The position numbers were made by a program, and so were the translations under genes. A stretch of 64,000 nt of DNA, from contig OZ219801.1 of the NCBI GenBank assembly GCA_964291655.2, positions 32,001 to 96,000 of the forward strand, read 5' to 3'. The stretch is from Chloroflexota bacterium. Lineage in GTDB: Bacteria; Chloroflexota; UBA11872; VXOZ01. Every line of letters begins with the position of its first letter. Position 1 is the stretch's first letter. Below, piece after piece: positions 20,182 to 30,118 of the stretch. The notes beneath the pieces are model-generated. The model was not told the DNA's origin. It did not search any database and worked only from the letters and a program-made list of their open reading frames with translations.

Positions 20182-22059
20182 ATGGACCTACACCTGACCA
20201 ACGACTTGCCCAGTGCTGAGGAGAGACGAGCCGTTGACAGCATTCTGGGGAAAGCGGGAACTGAGTGGGGGGATGGTGAGCTTGGCGACTTCGACGGAGC
20301 GCGCTCGGCCCAAACAGGTCACGCCGCTCGAGCAGACCGGCACCTCTTGCTGCCCGTATTGCACGCAATTCAAGAGCGTGTAGGCTGGATCAGCCCCGGC
20401 GCCCTCAACTACGCTTGTCGGCGACTAACCGTGCCGCCAACGGAAGCGTATGGTGTTGCCACATTTTACGCGCTCTTCTCAGTCCAGCCCATGCCGCCGG
20501 TTGTGGCGCACGTGTGCGACGACATTGCGTGCCTGGCCAACGGCGCGGAAGCACTCTGTACCCAGCTGGAGGAGCGATTCGGCCCACCGGGTCGCGCAGA
20601 TACGAACGATACCTATACGTGGCACCGCAGTCCGTGTCTCGGCATGTGTGAGAGTGCGCCCGCGGCAATGATATCGGAGGCAGGCGAGCAACCGTCCGCC
20701 ACCGTGCTCGCGCCCACGGATAGTGCCAAAATCGAGCAGGTCCTGGCGGGCGCTGGATACACTGAGAGCGTGGTAACCGCATCTAGGACGGTGCACCCGA
20801 TACCGCAGGCGGGACAAGAGGAGCTGCGGCTGTTGCGCCGCATTGGCCGCATAGATCCCGGCGACTTGGCAAGCTATCGCCAGGCGGGCGGATACCAGGC
20901 GCTTGAGCGTGCATTGGCAATGGGCCCGACGCAAGTAGTGCGTGAAATCGCTGCTTCGAGGCTGCTTGGTCGCGGCGGAGCCGCCTTTCCAGCAGGCGTA
21001 AAGTGGGAAGCAGTCGCTTCTGCTGCCGTCCTTCCGCACTACATGGTGTGCAACGCCGACGAATCCGAGCCGGGCACTTTCAAAGACCGGGTGGTCATGG
21101 AGGAAGACCCCTTTGCCGTGGTTGAAGCGATGACTATTGCGGGAATTGCTACAGGCTGCGAGAGAGGTTTCATCTATTTGCGTGGGGAATACCCACTCGC
21201 GTTGGAACGCATTTCTGGTGCTTTAGAACAAGCGCGCGCTTCTGGTCTGCTGGGTACTTCGATATTGGGACACGACGTCAACTTCGATATAGAGATTACA
21301 CGCGGCGCAGGCGCGTACATCTGTGGTGAGGAAACCGCACTCTTCAATTCCATCGAGGGCTTTCGCGGCGAACCGCGCAACAAGCCACCTTTTCCCACCG
21401 AGGTCGGTCTATTCGGCAAACCCACGCTCGTTAACAACGTCGAGACGCTGATTAACGTTATCGATATCATCCTTGAAGGCGGCGATGCGTACGCCGCGAT
21501 TGGCTCTGAGCAGTCTACCGGCACGAAGCTGTTCTGTTTGTCCGGACACGTGGTGCGTCCTGGCGTCTACGAAGTGCCGTTTGGAATGACTTTGGAAACA
21601 CTGATAGAGCTTGCCGGAGGTGTCTCCGGCAGCGGCAATCTGCAAGCAGTACTGCTGGGCGGAGCCGCCGGTACGTTCCTGACCCCGCAAGAGCTCGCTA
21701 CCCCGCTGACCTTTGAGGGCACGCGCGCGATCGGCGCCACGCTTGGCTCAGGCGTCGTCATGCTTTTCGACGATACAGTCAACCTGCAGAGTGTGCTTCT
21801 CCGGATCGCAGCCTTTTTTCGCGACGAGTCGTGCGGCCAGTGCGTTCCCTGCCGTGTTGGCACGGTACGGCAGGAGGAATTGCTCCACCGGCTAGTTGCC
21901 GAGAAGACTATCGGCTCTGTTGAAGACGAATTGCACCTTCTCAACGAAGTCGGGCAAGCCATGCGTGACGCCTCAATTTGCGGTCTGGGCCAAACCGCGT
22001 AAAGCGCGATTGAATCCGCTATGGCTCGAACGGGACTCTTCAACGGAAAGAATCTTTGA
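20182..22059 (+). CDS. NuoE-NuoF-like fused diaphorase subunit of NAD-linked formate dehydrogenase; in-frame TAA at 22000-22002
   Basis: 2Fe-2S HVCDDIAC...CLGMC; GRGGAAFP, NADESEPGTFKDR, GAGAYICGEET, SCGQCVPC...CGLG; frame continues past TAA as SAIESAMARTGLFNGKNL to TGA 22057-22059. Confidence 0.88.
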
Positions 22060-23066
22060 TGCCTCCTGACCCTGAAAATGAAGCCATTGAGCAAACCTGG
22101 CAGTTCCTCAATCCGGTGCCGCGCGGACCGCTTCCCACAGTACCCGAAGAAGCAGCGAAACCGGAAATTGAGCTCACGATTGACGGCCAGGAGACGTCGG
22201 TGCCCGAGGGCACAACTCTGCTCAATGCTGCGCAACATCTCGGCATTCAAACGCCAACGCTCTGCTATCTGGAGAGTCTCACGCCGGTCAACGTCTGCCG
22301 TGTCTGTGTAGTTGAGCTTGAAGGCTCACGCACCCTCGTTCCCGCTTGTTCGCGCAAAGTAGAACCCGGCATGCAGGTGCAGACCGACTCCCCTCGCGTG
22401 CGTCTTAGCCGCCGCATGGTGCTTGAGTTCCTCGCGTCGTCAGTCGATGTATCGACCGCGCCTGAGCTGCAAGGGTATATGGAAGAGTACGAGGCGGAGC
22501 CGGAGCGGTATGGGCCGCCGGGACCGCCTGCTGGAGGGTCTGAGCGTGACGAGGCCGTACCCGGACACCATGCGGAGCCCACCATAGACTCTGCGCAAAC
22601 GGTGGAGCAGCCGGTGAAAATCGACAACGAACTTTACGTTCGCGACTACAGCAAATGCATTCTCTGTTACAAATGCGTGGAAGCCTGCGGCGAGGACGCC
22701 CAAAACACCTTCGCCATTGCTGTGGCGGGACGTGGATTCGAGGCACGGATTTCCACAGAGTATACCGTGCCCCTCCCGGACTCGGCGTGTGTCTACTGCG
22801 GGAACTGCATCGAGGTGTGTCCGACGGGCGCGCTCATGTTTCGCAGTGAATACGACATGCGGTCCGCCGGAACGTGGGACGAATCAGCGCAGACCGAGAC
22901 CGATACGATTTGTTCGTATTGTGGTGTGGGATGCTCTCTTAGCCTGCACGTTCAAGACAATGAAATCGTGAAGGTCATGTCGCCGTTGGAAAGCGACGTC
23001 ACACGAGGGAATCTCTGCATCAAAGGACGGTTTGGCTGGCAATTCATGCAGAAGCCGAAGAAGTGA
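22059..23066 (+). CDS. Fe-S subunit of formate dehydrogenase (NuoG/FdsA N-terminal-like)
   Basis: PTLC...CRVCVV...AC 2Fe-2S; CILCYKCVEAC and CVYCGNCIEVCP; C-terminal TICSYCGVGC...LCIKGRFG. Confidence 0.9.
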   Translation: MPPDPENEAIEQTWQFLNPVPRGPLPTVPEEAAKPEIELTIDGQETSVPEGTTLLNAAQHLGIQTPTLCYLESLTPVNVCRVCVVELEGSRTLVPACSRKVEPGMQVQTDSPRVRLSRRMVLEFLASSVDVSTAPELQGYMEEYEAEPERYGPPGPPAGGSERDEAVPGHHAEPTIDSAQTVEQPVKIDNELYVRDYSKCILCYKCVEACGEDAQNTFAIAVAGRGFEARISTEYTVPLPDSACVYCGNCIEVCPTGALMFRSEYDMRSAGTWDESAQTETDTICSYCGVGCSLSLHVQDNEIVKVMSPLESDVTRGNLCIKGRFGWQFMQKPKK

Positions 23067-23141
23067 GGGCACGCGACCTCTCGCCGACCGCGCGGGCCGG
23101 ACTTAGAGGGTGTTGGCAGAGGCAATGTTTGCGATTATTGT

Positions 23142-23270
23142 CCGTTCACCCTGAGCTTGTCGAAGGGTCGTAGAGCGCAGCGGGCAGAGTCGAGACCGAT
23201 ACACGCGCCCCCTTCCGCTCTTGCTTCAACGGGCCTGTACTGAGCTTGTCGAAGTGCTCAGCACGAACGG
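23142..23270. repeat. Cluster of CTGAGCTTGTCGAAG palindromic repeats, direct and inverted
   Basis: CCGTTCACCCTGAGCTTGTCGAAGGGT (23142-23168); inverted copy ending GCTCAGCACGAACGG (23270) with an internal CTGAGCTTGTCGAAG. Confidence 0.8.
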
Positions 23271-23323
23271 AATTAGGGAAGTTGCAGGACCCCTTAGGCA
23301 CCGCTTTCTAGCGAACCCAGCAG

Positions 23324-24157
23324 TCAGTGGGCAACACGCTCCGCCCCAGTGTACGCGTTCATCGAAGAATCACGGAGAAAGCCGATCAGGGTCATACCTG
23401 AGGCAGCCGCCAACTCCACTGCCAGGCTCGAGGGCGCCCCAACCGCAGCGACAACAGGCACACTTGCCAGCAAGCACTTCTGCACAATTTCAAAGCCGGC
23501 ACGGCCGCTCACCAACACGACGTGGTCCTGAAGCGGCAGCATCTTGCGGAAGAGCGCCGCTCCAATCATCTTGTCCACGGCGTTGTGGCGGCCGACATCC
23601 TCGCGCAGCAGCACTAGCTCCCCCCTCGCATTGAAGAGGCCGGCTGCGTGCAACGCCCCCGTCCGGTCAAAGGTGTCCTGGGCGGACCGCAAGGCGGCTG
23701 GCAAGCCGTGCAGCACTTCTGAAGTAACTCTAATGTCGCTCCGGATCGGTTCTGCTGCCTGGCGTACTGCGTCTATGCTCGCCTTTCCGCAAATGCCACA
23801 GCTCGAAGTCGCTGAGAAATTTCGTTGCCAGCCTGCCTCGATGAGGTCACCAACCCCATTGACGTAGGCCAAGACGATGTTGTCACGCTCTTCTTCCGTT
23901 TTGCCAGGGCAATGACCGACTGAGAGCAGGGCGGCGGGATCTGCGATGAGCCGCTCCGTCCACAAGAAACCGGCTGCCAGCTCCTCGTCGTTCCCCGGCG
24001 TGCGCATCGTCACGGCAATACTCTGCCCGTTCACCCGTATTTCCAGGGGCTCCTCGCGCGCCAGCACGTCCGGAGAGGTTTCAACGCCCGCCGTGGACAC
24101 TCTCGTTACTTCCCACTGAGAGGTGGCGGCTTGTTTCGCTGTATCCGTCCGTGCCAT
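23324..24157 (-). CDS. fdhD: Formate dehydrogenase accessory sulfurtransferase FdhD
   Basis: EEPLEI, MRTPG..EELAAGFL, SSCGICG, REDVGRHNAVDK, SGRAGFE, APSSLA. Confidence 0.95.
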   Translation of the reverse strand: MARTDTAKQAATSQWEVTRVSTAGVETSPDVLAREEPLEIRVNGQSIAVTMRTPGNDEELAAGFLWTERLIADPAALLSVGHCPGKTEEERDNIVLAYVNGVGDLIEAGWQRNFSATSSCGICGKASIDAVRQAAEPIRSDIRVTSEVLHGLPAALRSAQDTFDRTGALHAAGLFNARGELVLLREDVGRHNAVDKMIGAALFRKMLPLQDHVVLVSGRAGFEIVQKCLLASVPVVAAVGAPSSLAVELAAASGMTLIGFLRDSSMNAYTGAERVAH

Positions 24158-24355
24158 CGAGGGTCTCCTACTCCAACGCAAGACTCTAAGCCTGGTAGCA
24201 GCGAACAAACGCGAGTAGGCGAAGACTGCATTCGCACAATTCCTCTCTACCCTACCCCATGAACCGCAGGCAAGCTAGTGCAATGTGCTATGCTGCTTCC
24301 AGCGAGATGCAGGGCCTAGGGTGCCCCGCCGCTCAACTTGAACTAGGAATATGGC

Positions 24356-26524
24356 ATGGCGCTTACCCAAATTAAAGGCCGCGTATTTGATGCGGCATCG
24401 AACCGAGGGATCGAGGGAGTCTCGGTCTCGAACGGCGATGCCATAACCCAGTCCGGCTCAGACGGACGCTATTCCCTAGCCATCGAGCCGCAGCACGATC
24501 GCTATGTCTTCATCTCGGTACCTGCGGGCTACCGTCCGCAAGAGCGCTTCTATACGCTCCTTGGTGCCGACTCATTGCCCGATCTACTCGACTTTGCCCT
24601 CATTGCCGCACCGGAACGGGCGCGTGAGTCGTTCCGCCTGATCCACCTGTCCGATACCCACGTAGTCCTTGACGACAGCGGAGCGGTCTCGCAGGAGATA
24701 TTGGCAAGCGACCTCAGTGAGCTTGTGTCGAGTACCCGGCCCGACCTGGCCATAGTAACGGGCGACTTAACCAATTTGGGTACGATTGCGGAGCTTGAAT
24801 GCTACCGCGCGGCCATCGAATCCGTGTCTATACCTGTGGTTTCCGTCTTTGGCGGACATGACGGTAATATCGAACGCCGTTCCAGCAATGCAGACATGCC
24901 GTGTACTCGCAATTTCGAAGCCACCCTGGGCCCGACTTACTATAGCTTCGATTGGGGTGAGTACCACTTTGTCATATATGCCACGGAGGACAACTACTTC
25001 TCTTCCGTTGATCGAGAACGCAAAGAGCGCTGGCTGTGGGCCGATCTTGCCTTGCAACCAAGCAACCGCAGGTCCGTAGTTATGTTTCACACTGCCCCTG
25101 ACGAAAGCTTACTGTCCGGGCTGAGCCAACGAAACGTGGCGCTCGTCCTGCACGGCCATTGGCACTCCAGCAGAGTCTTCACTTGGGGTGAGACCATTGT
25201 AGCGTCGGCTTCCGCTGCCTGTTTTGGCGGCATCGATACCCGTCCCAGAGGGTGCCGCGAAGTGTCTTTCTCTCCACAGGGAATTCAGACTAAGCTGCAC
25301 GCACGGGGACCCTTGGCCGAGGGTAAGAGCGCTTCTCTCCAATCTCCGGTCGAGCAGTCAAGCGACCAACCGGCGGCTAGAGTCCAGGTTGGGGATGAGG
25401 CCTTTGCACTTGCCTGGCAGCATGAATTTAAGAGACCGCTTCATCGTGCCGCACCCGTCAGTTTCAAGGACAGCGTACTGATCAGCCTGCAGAGCGAGAG
25501 CCATCCTGGAAGCAATGGGGTCAAGTGTCTCGACTCGTATAGCGGTGAGGATCGGTGGTATTTCGATACGCAAGACGCTATCAAGAACAGGTGTACTGTG
25601 TCCGTACATGACGGCAGTTCCCACGTGGCAAACGGCCATGACTGGTGCGCGGCCCTGACCATTACGGGACAGCTCAATCTCATCGACACTGCGACCGGTG
25701 ACGGAATATGGACATCGAAACTCCCCGGACACCCGCACCGTTGGGTTTACTCATCGCCTGCCCATGGCGGAGAGTCAATCATAGCCGGCTCGAAGGCGGG
25801 CTATGGCGCTTACGCGCTGGAGACCGGAGCCGAGAAGTGGTACGTCGCGCCTGCGGAGGGCGACGAATGGCCCTCCTACATTTGTCCCCAAGTTTACAAA
25901 GACGAGCTTTGCATCGTACTCGTGCAACGCTTAGGCTTTCTTGCCCTTAGCATGGAAGATGGAGCGAAAGTTTGGGAACAGGATTTGCCGGTCGAGTACT
26001 TCTGCGCCTCTCCTGAGCTTAGTGGAGACTTGATTGTCGTGAGTTCTGCATCACCGCACAGGGGGTCAAGCCTTACGGGAGGGCAGCAGGGAGACATTGC
26101 CGTACTTGAAGCCCGCATGGGAAAGGTTGTCGCCCACTACGCCCAGGCGTTGCCGGGTTATGCCTCTGGTATCACGGTTGCGAACGACCGCATCTACGCT
26201 GCGACTGCGGCGGGAACCGTCCACTGCCTCGACATGCAATCGGGCGCACAGCTCTGGCAATTTCAGTCGGGAGACGACTTGCTCGATATGACGCCCTACC
26301 GGCGGGGGATTCAGTCACTGCTGGCTGCGCCCGTTCCACTGCGGGAACACATCCTCGTCGGCGGCTGCGACGGCTGGCTGTACGTACTGGATCGCACATC
26401 CGGCGCGTGCACCGATCGCGTTTACTTGGGCGCGCCGATCACAGCAGCGCCGTGCGTCACGCCAAATGGTTTCTGCGTGAGTACCTATGGCGGTACGCTG
26501 TATTCCTTTCGCACCGTGCGCTAG
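24356..26524 (+). CDS. Calcineurin-like metallophosphoesterase with N-terminal beta-sandwich and C-terminal PQQ-like beta-propeller
   Basis: GVSVSNG, HLSDTH, VTGDL, GGHD, HGHWH; repeated (L/Y)D..(S/T)G...W blades. Confidence 0.8.
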   Translation: MALTQIKGRVFDAASNRGIEGVSVSNGDAITQSGSDGRYSLAIEPQHDRYVFISVPAGYRPQERFYTLLGADSLPDLLDFALIAAPERARESFRLIHLSDTHVVLDDSGAVSQEILASDLSELVSSTRPDLAIVTGDLTNLGTIAELECYRAAIESVSIPVVSVFGGHDGNIERRSSNADMPCTRNFEATLGPTYYSFDWGEYHFVIYATEDNYFSSVDRERKERWLWADLALQPSNRRSVVMFHTAPDESLLSGLSQRNVALVLHGHWHSSRVFTWGETIVASASAACFGGIDTRPRGCREVSFSPQGIQTKLHARGPLAEGKSASLQSPVEQSSDQPAARVQVGDEAFALAWQHEFKRPLHRAAPVSFKDSVLISLQSESHPGSNGVKCLDSYSGEDRWYFDTQDAIKNRCTVSVHDGSSHVANGHDWCAALTITGQLNLIDTATGDGIWTSKLPGHPHRWVYSSPAHGGESIIAGSKAGYGAYALETGAEKWYVAPAEGDEWPSYICPQVYKDELCIVLVQRLGFLALSMEDGAKVWEQDLPVEYFCASPELSGDLIVVSSASPHRGSSLTGGQQGDIAVLEARMGKVVAHYAQALPGYASGITVANDRIYAATAAGTVHCLDMQSGAQLWQFQSGDDLLDMTPYRRGIQSLLAAPVPLREHILVGGCDGWLYVLDRTSGACTDRVYLGAPITAAPCVTPNGFCVSTYGGTLYSFRTVR

Positions 26525-26587
26525 CGGCTAGTACCAAGATGCGGCTTGTGTTTTCCTGTCTGTCTAAGCTCGATTCTCACTAATCTG

Positions 26588-26881
26588 CCGTAGCGCGGGG
26601 GCTTGTCCCCCGCCGGAGTAAGCGGCACGGGATGTATTCCCAAGCGGTTTCGCCGTAGCATGAAGGGCGTACAATGATTGACCCTACCGCAGACGCAGGT
26701 TGCAAACCTACGCTACCGGAATTGTAAGGTAATGTGAGCGCCATGCTCCTTGCCAAGAAAGTTAGTGCGACCACATTGGGGATTGTCCCCCGCCTCTTGC
26801 CTACTCAGCCGTAATGCAGAGGCTTGTCCCCCGCCGCTTGCCTACTCCCCTGTAGCGCGGGGGCTTGTCCCCCGCCTCTTT
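26588..26881. repeat. Cluster of GTAG-type REP-like palindromes including a 41-nt tandem array
   Basis: GTAGCGCGGGGGCTTGTCCCCCGC at 26590 and 26852; core TTGTCCCCCGCC at 26783, 26824, 26865; second family CGCAGGTTGCAAACCTACGCTAC at 26694-26716. Confidence 0.82.
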
Positions 26882-26914
26882 GCGCGAAGTCTAGCATTCT
26901 GTCCGGCAAGACGC

Positions 26915-27640
26915 TTAGAGTTGACTTGGCAGCAGCCGCATATCGGGAATGTATGCGCGCGCGGGAAGAGCGGCCACCAGCAGGGCAGCTTTGGCCACGT
27001 CCTCCGGCTCAAGCGCTTTCGCTAAGACCTCCGGCGGCGTGGGCGTCGGCCGTTTTTCGACCAGCGGCGTATTACATAGACCGGGGAAAATGACCGTCAC
27101 GCGGATACCGTTTTCTTTCTCTTCCTCCATCGTGCCGTAAGCTAGCCCGGCCACACCGTGCTTTGTGGCCTGGTATGCCACACCCGAAACGTCAGGGCGC
27201 TGTACCGCACCGGACGAGTAGTGAACGATGAGTCCCTGGCCCTGGGAGCGCAATTGCGGCAGTATTGCGCGGGTGAGATTGAACGCCGCCGAGAGGTTTG
27301 TTGCGAGCATCATGTCCCAATCGTCAGGATCGAGCACAGTGAGTGCGCGCTGCTTGAGATTTGTGCCCACACTATTTACAAGAACATCTACCTTGCCAAA
27401 CTGCTCTACCGCTGTATCTGCGAGTGCCTGGGCGGCATCGCGGTCGGTAACGTCCGTCGGAACAGCACGGGCAACGCCTCCGGACGCGTTGATGTCTTGA
27501 GACAGCGAATCAAGCGCGCAAGCGGTCCGGGCGCCAAGCACAACTGTCGCTCCTTGCGCTGCAAACAGCCGGGCAGTGGCGGCGCCCATGCCACTACTCG
27601 CACCCGCGATGATCGCTACCTTACCGCTAAGCAACTCCAT
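26915..27640 (-). CDS. SDR family oxidoreductase
   Basis: AGASSGMG, YQATK, PGLCNTP. Confidence 0.9.
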   Translation of the reverse strand: MELLSGKVAIIAGASSGMGAATARLFAAQGATVVLGARTACALDSLSQDINASGGVARAVPTDVTDRDAAQALADTAVEQFGKVDVLVNSVGTNLKQRALTVLDPDDWDMMLATNLSAAFNLTRAILPQLRSQGQGLIVHYSSGAVQRPDVSGVAYQATKHGVAGLAYGTMEEEKENGIRVTVIFPGLCNTPLVEKRPTPTPPEVLAKALEPEDVAKAALLVAALPARAYIPDMRLLPSQL

Positions 27641-28031
27641 GGCGTATTCCCTTCTTCTCTGGGTTTAGACTACCAATATGGTTTTGCAGCTCTTCCAGCC
27701 TCGCGCTCGCATGCGACGCGGGCCTCTCAAGTAATTCTTGTGCGTTCAGATAGTCCGCTCTTGTGACTATACAGCATTTGTGCTGCAGTTTTCCCAAGGC
27801 ATGACGCTGCATGAGACCACGCAAAATTGTCCCGACCGAGAAGGTTCGCGCAGACTCAACGCCCGCAATGCGTAGAAGCTGCAGAATCGCATTTGACGCG
27901 TCCTCTGCGCAGCGTCTAAACCCACGTGCATGTAATCCTGATTACGCAGGAAACCGGTTGAGTATGGTACTTTGAACACTGGAGCAGACGAAAGACATAG
28001 CGAAGAACAAGAAATCGCGAGGTAGGCGGGG

Positions 28032-28577
28032 ATGAAGCGAGGACCGCTCCGGACACTGCTTATAGTCCTTGGAATTCTGGTTGCCACCATTGCAGTTTCG
28101 TTTCTGCTGCAACTGCGGGACTCACTGCTTGACCGGCTACCCGGCCTGCCTGAGGCGGCACCGACTCAAGGTGCGACGGCACCGGATTTCACGTTAGAGA
28201 CTGCGGATGGTGAAACCATCTCATTGAGCGACTATCGCGGGCAGCCGGTGGTGCTCAATTTCTGGGCAACGTGGTGTACGCCGTGCCGCGAGGAGATGCC
28301 TCTCCTGCAGGAAACCTACGAGGCGCATCAGGACGTAGGCTTGGTGGTGCTTGCCGTGAATGTTCGGGAGACACCTGAAGCCGCGGAGCGCTTTCTGCAG
28401 GAAGTTGGCGTCGACTTTCCCGCTGTGCTGGACCCCGATCTTGTCGTTGTTGAGCGCTACCGCGTTACCAGTCTGCCGATGACGTTTTTCATTGACCGAG
28501 ACGGCAATCTCAGGACCCTTGTCGTAGGCGGCATGTCCAAGAAGATCTTGGATGAGCGTTTGGCAACAATCCTCTAG
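28032..28577 (+). CDS. TlpA/ResA-like thiol-disulfide oxidoreductase
   Basis: N-terminal TM, APDFTL, LNFWATWCTPCREEMP, LPMTFFID. Confidence 0.92.
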   Translation: MKRGPLRTLLIVLGILVATIAVSFLLQLRDSLLDRLPGLPEAAPTQGATAPDFTLETADGETISLSDYRGQPVVLNFWATWCTPCREEMPLLQETYEAHQDVGLVVLAVNVRETPEAAERFLQEVGVDFPAVLDPDLVVVERYRVTSLPMTFFIDRDGNLRTLVVGGMSKKILDERLATIL

Positions 28578-28785
28578 ACCCACTCAGACGCCGGCCTGCA
28601 TGACGTCATGGAGCGATCGGCTGGATTCTCCAAGCGCCGTGAGCCTAGGCCATGATGTGAGCCACCAATTTGCGTTTGCCGGAGACTTTCAATTCTCCAT
28701 ATTCTCAGCAGGCTAGCCGCGCGCGGTTCGTTTATTCCATAATGTGAGAAAATCACATCTCCCCGTTAGCATTGGAGTGCACCAA

Positions 28786-29856
28786 ATGAACGACGGCAAT
28801 TTGCGTGTTGGCATCATTGGCGCGGGCGGCATTGCCCGGGGAGCGCATGTTCCCGGATACCGGAGTTCCGGACGGGCCGACGTTCGAGCGGTCTGCGACG
28901 TAAATGCGGAAGCGGCACGGGTGTTTGCTGAGACGCAGGGAGTTCCCCACCACTATGGCGGCGTTGAGGCAATGTTGGAAAAAGAGGACTTGGATGTCGT
29001 CAGCATCTGCACGTCGAATGACGCGCATCATCCCGCTGCGTTAGCGGCGATTGAACGCGGTCTCCACGTCTTCTGCGAGAAGCCGTTGGCAATGGACTTT
29101 TCGCAAGCGCTGGAAATGCACAATGCCGCTGCAGCCAAGGGTGTCGTGACCGGCATCAACTTCACGTACCGGACGACTCCCGCCGCCCGTTACATAAAGG
29201 AACTCACAGAGGAAGCAATCTTTGGCGACGTGAAGCACTTTAGCATTGAGTACTACCAAAGCTACTCAGTGCAACCGGGCCGCACGCTCGAGTGGCGCTT
29301 CCAGAAGCAGCTTACCGGCACAGGTGCGCTGGCGGACCTGGGATCCCATGCCACCGACCTGGCGCTTTGGCTAAATGGCGGCATTTCCGGCGCGCGCGGA
29401 CAGATGGCGACCTTCATTCATGAACGACCGCTGCAGGATGGGTCCGGCATGGGTATCGTAGACGTGGACGACGCCACGACATTTCTCGCCACGTACGAGA
29501 ACGGCGCAACCGGCGTCGTCGATGCGACTCGCTTTGCCACCGGGCGCACAAATCACCAACGGATCTCGATTTACGGAGATAAGGGCTCCTTGGTCTTCCA
29601 AAACGGTCCGGAGGCACGCATCGAGGTCGCCGTAGAGCCATTCAGTAAAGACGGCTCCGCTGTACTCGTGCCCGTGCCGTCACGCCTTGCGGCAAGCCCC
29701 CGCTCGCACGTTCCGGCCTTCGTTAACACGATCCTCGATGGCGCGCCGGTAGACTTTCCGACCTTTGCAGACGGGCTCCGCACGCAGGAAGTGCTTGAAG
29801 CTGCCGAGGTCTCCCATCTCGAAGATAGATGGATTTCGCTGCCGCTCCCCCGGTGA
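28786..29856 (+). CDS. Gfo/Idh/MocA family oxidoreductase
   Basis: VGIIGAGGIA, HVFCEKPLA, GALADLGSH. Confidence 0.9.
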   Translation: MNDGNLRVGIIGAGGIARGAHVPGYRSSGRADVRAVCDVNAEAARVFAETQGVPHHYGGVEAMLEKEDLDVVSICTSNDAHHPAALAAIERGLHVFCEKPLAMDFSQALEMHNAAAAKGVVTGINFTYRTTPAARYIKELTEEAIFGDVKHFSIEYYQSYSVQPGRTLEWRFQKQLTGTGALADLGSHATDLALWLNGGISGARGQMATFIHERPLQDGSGMGIVDVDDATTFLATYENGATGVVDATRFATGRTNHQRISIYGDKGSLVFQNGPEARIEVAVEPFSKDGSAVLVPVPSRLAASPRSHVPAFVNTILDGAPVDFPTFADGLRTQEVLEAAEVSHLEDRWISLPLPR

Positions 29857-30118
29857 ACAGTTAGACCGTGGAAGATTCCGACCCGCTGCTCGCAGGGCAG
29901 CTCTAGCGCGCTGCGATTTCAGCCGCTGCCGTAAGTAGAGCGATCAGGGTGCCAATCCTAGTTCTCGATGATGGCATGGCCTGGAAGCTGTACAAGACTA
30001 GCATCTCGTGACACGCCTGGCAGTACGCATGCGCTCTCCGGCCGCTCAAGCGCGCCCAACGCCGCCTAACAAACCCCAAGACGATCCAGACCGCAGACCG
30101 TTATCACCTCTCGGTCTA

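Noticed and set aside
22000-22002. Genetic-code reassignment of TAA
   Set aside because: TAA ends many normal genes in the window (e.g. 20143, 61530), so this is a local lesion.
23103-23296. MITE ends around the 23.1-23.3 kb repeats (GAGGGTGTTG / CAGGACCCCT)
   Set aside because: Inverted match too weak to call without other copies.
26780-26881. Possible CRISPR array
   Set aside because: Only three units, the spacers resemble each other, and no cas genes are present; fits REP-like tandem repeats.
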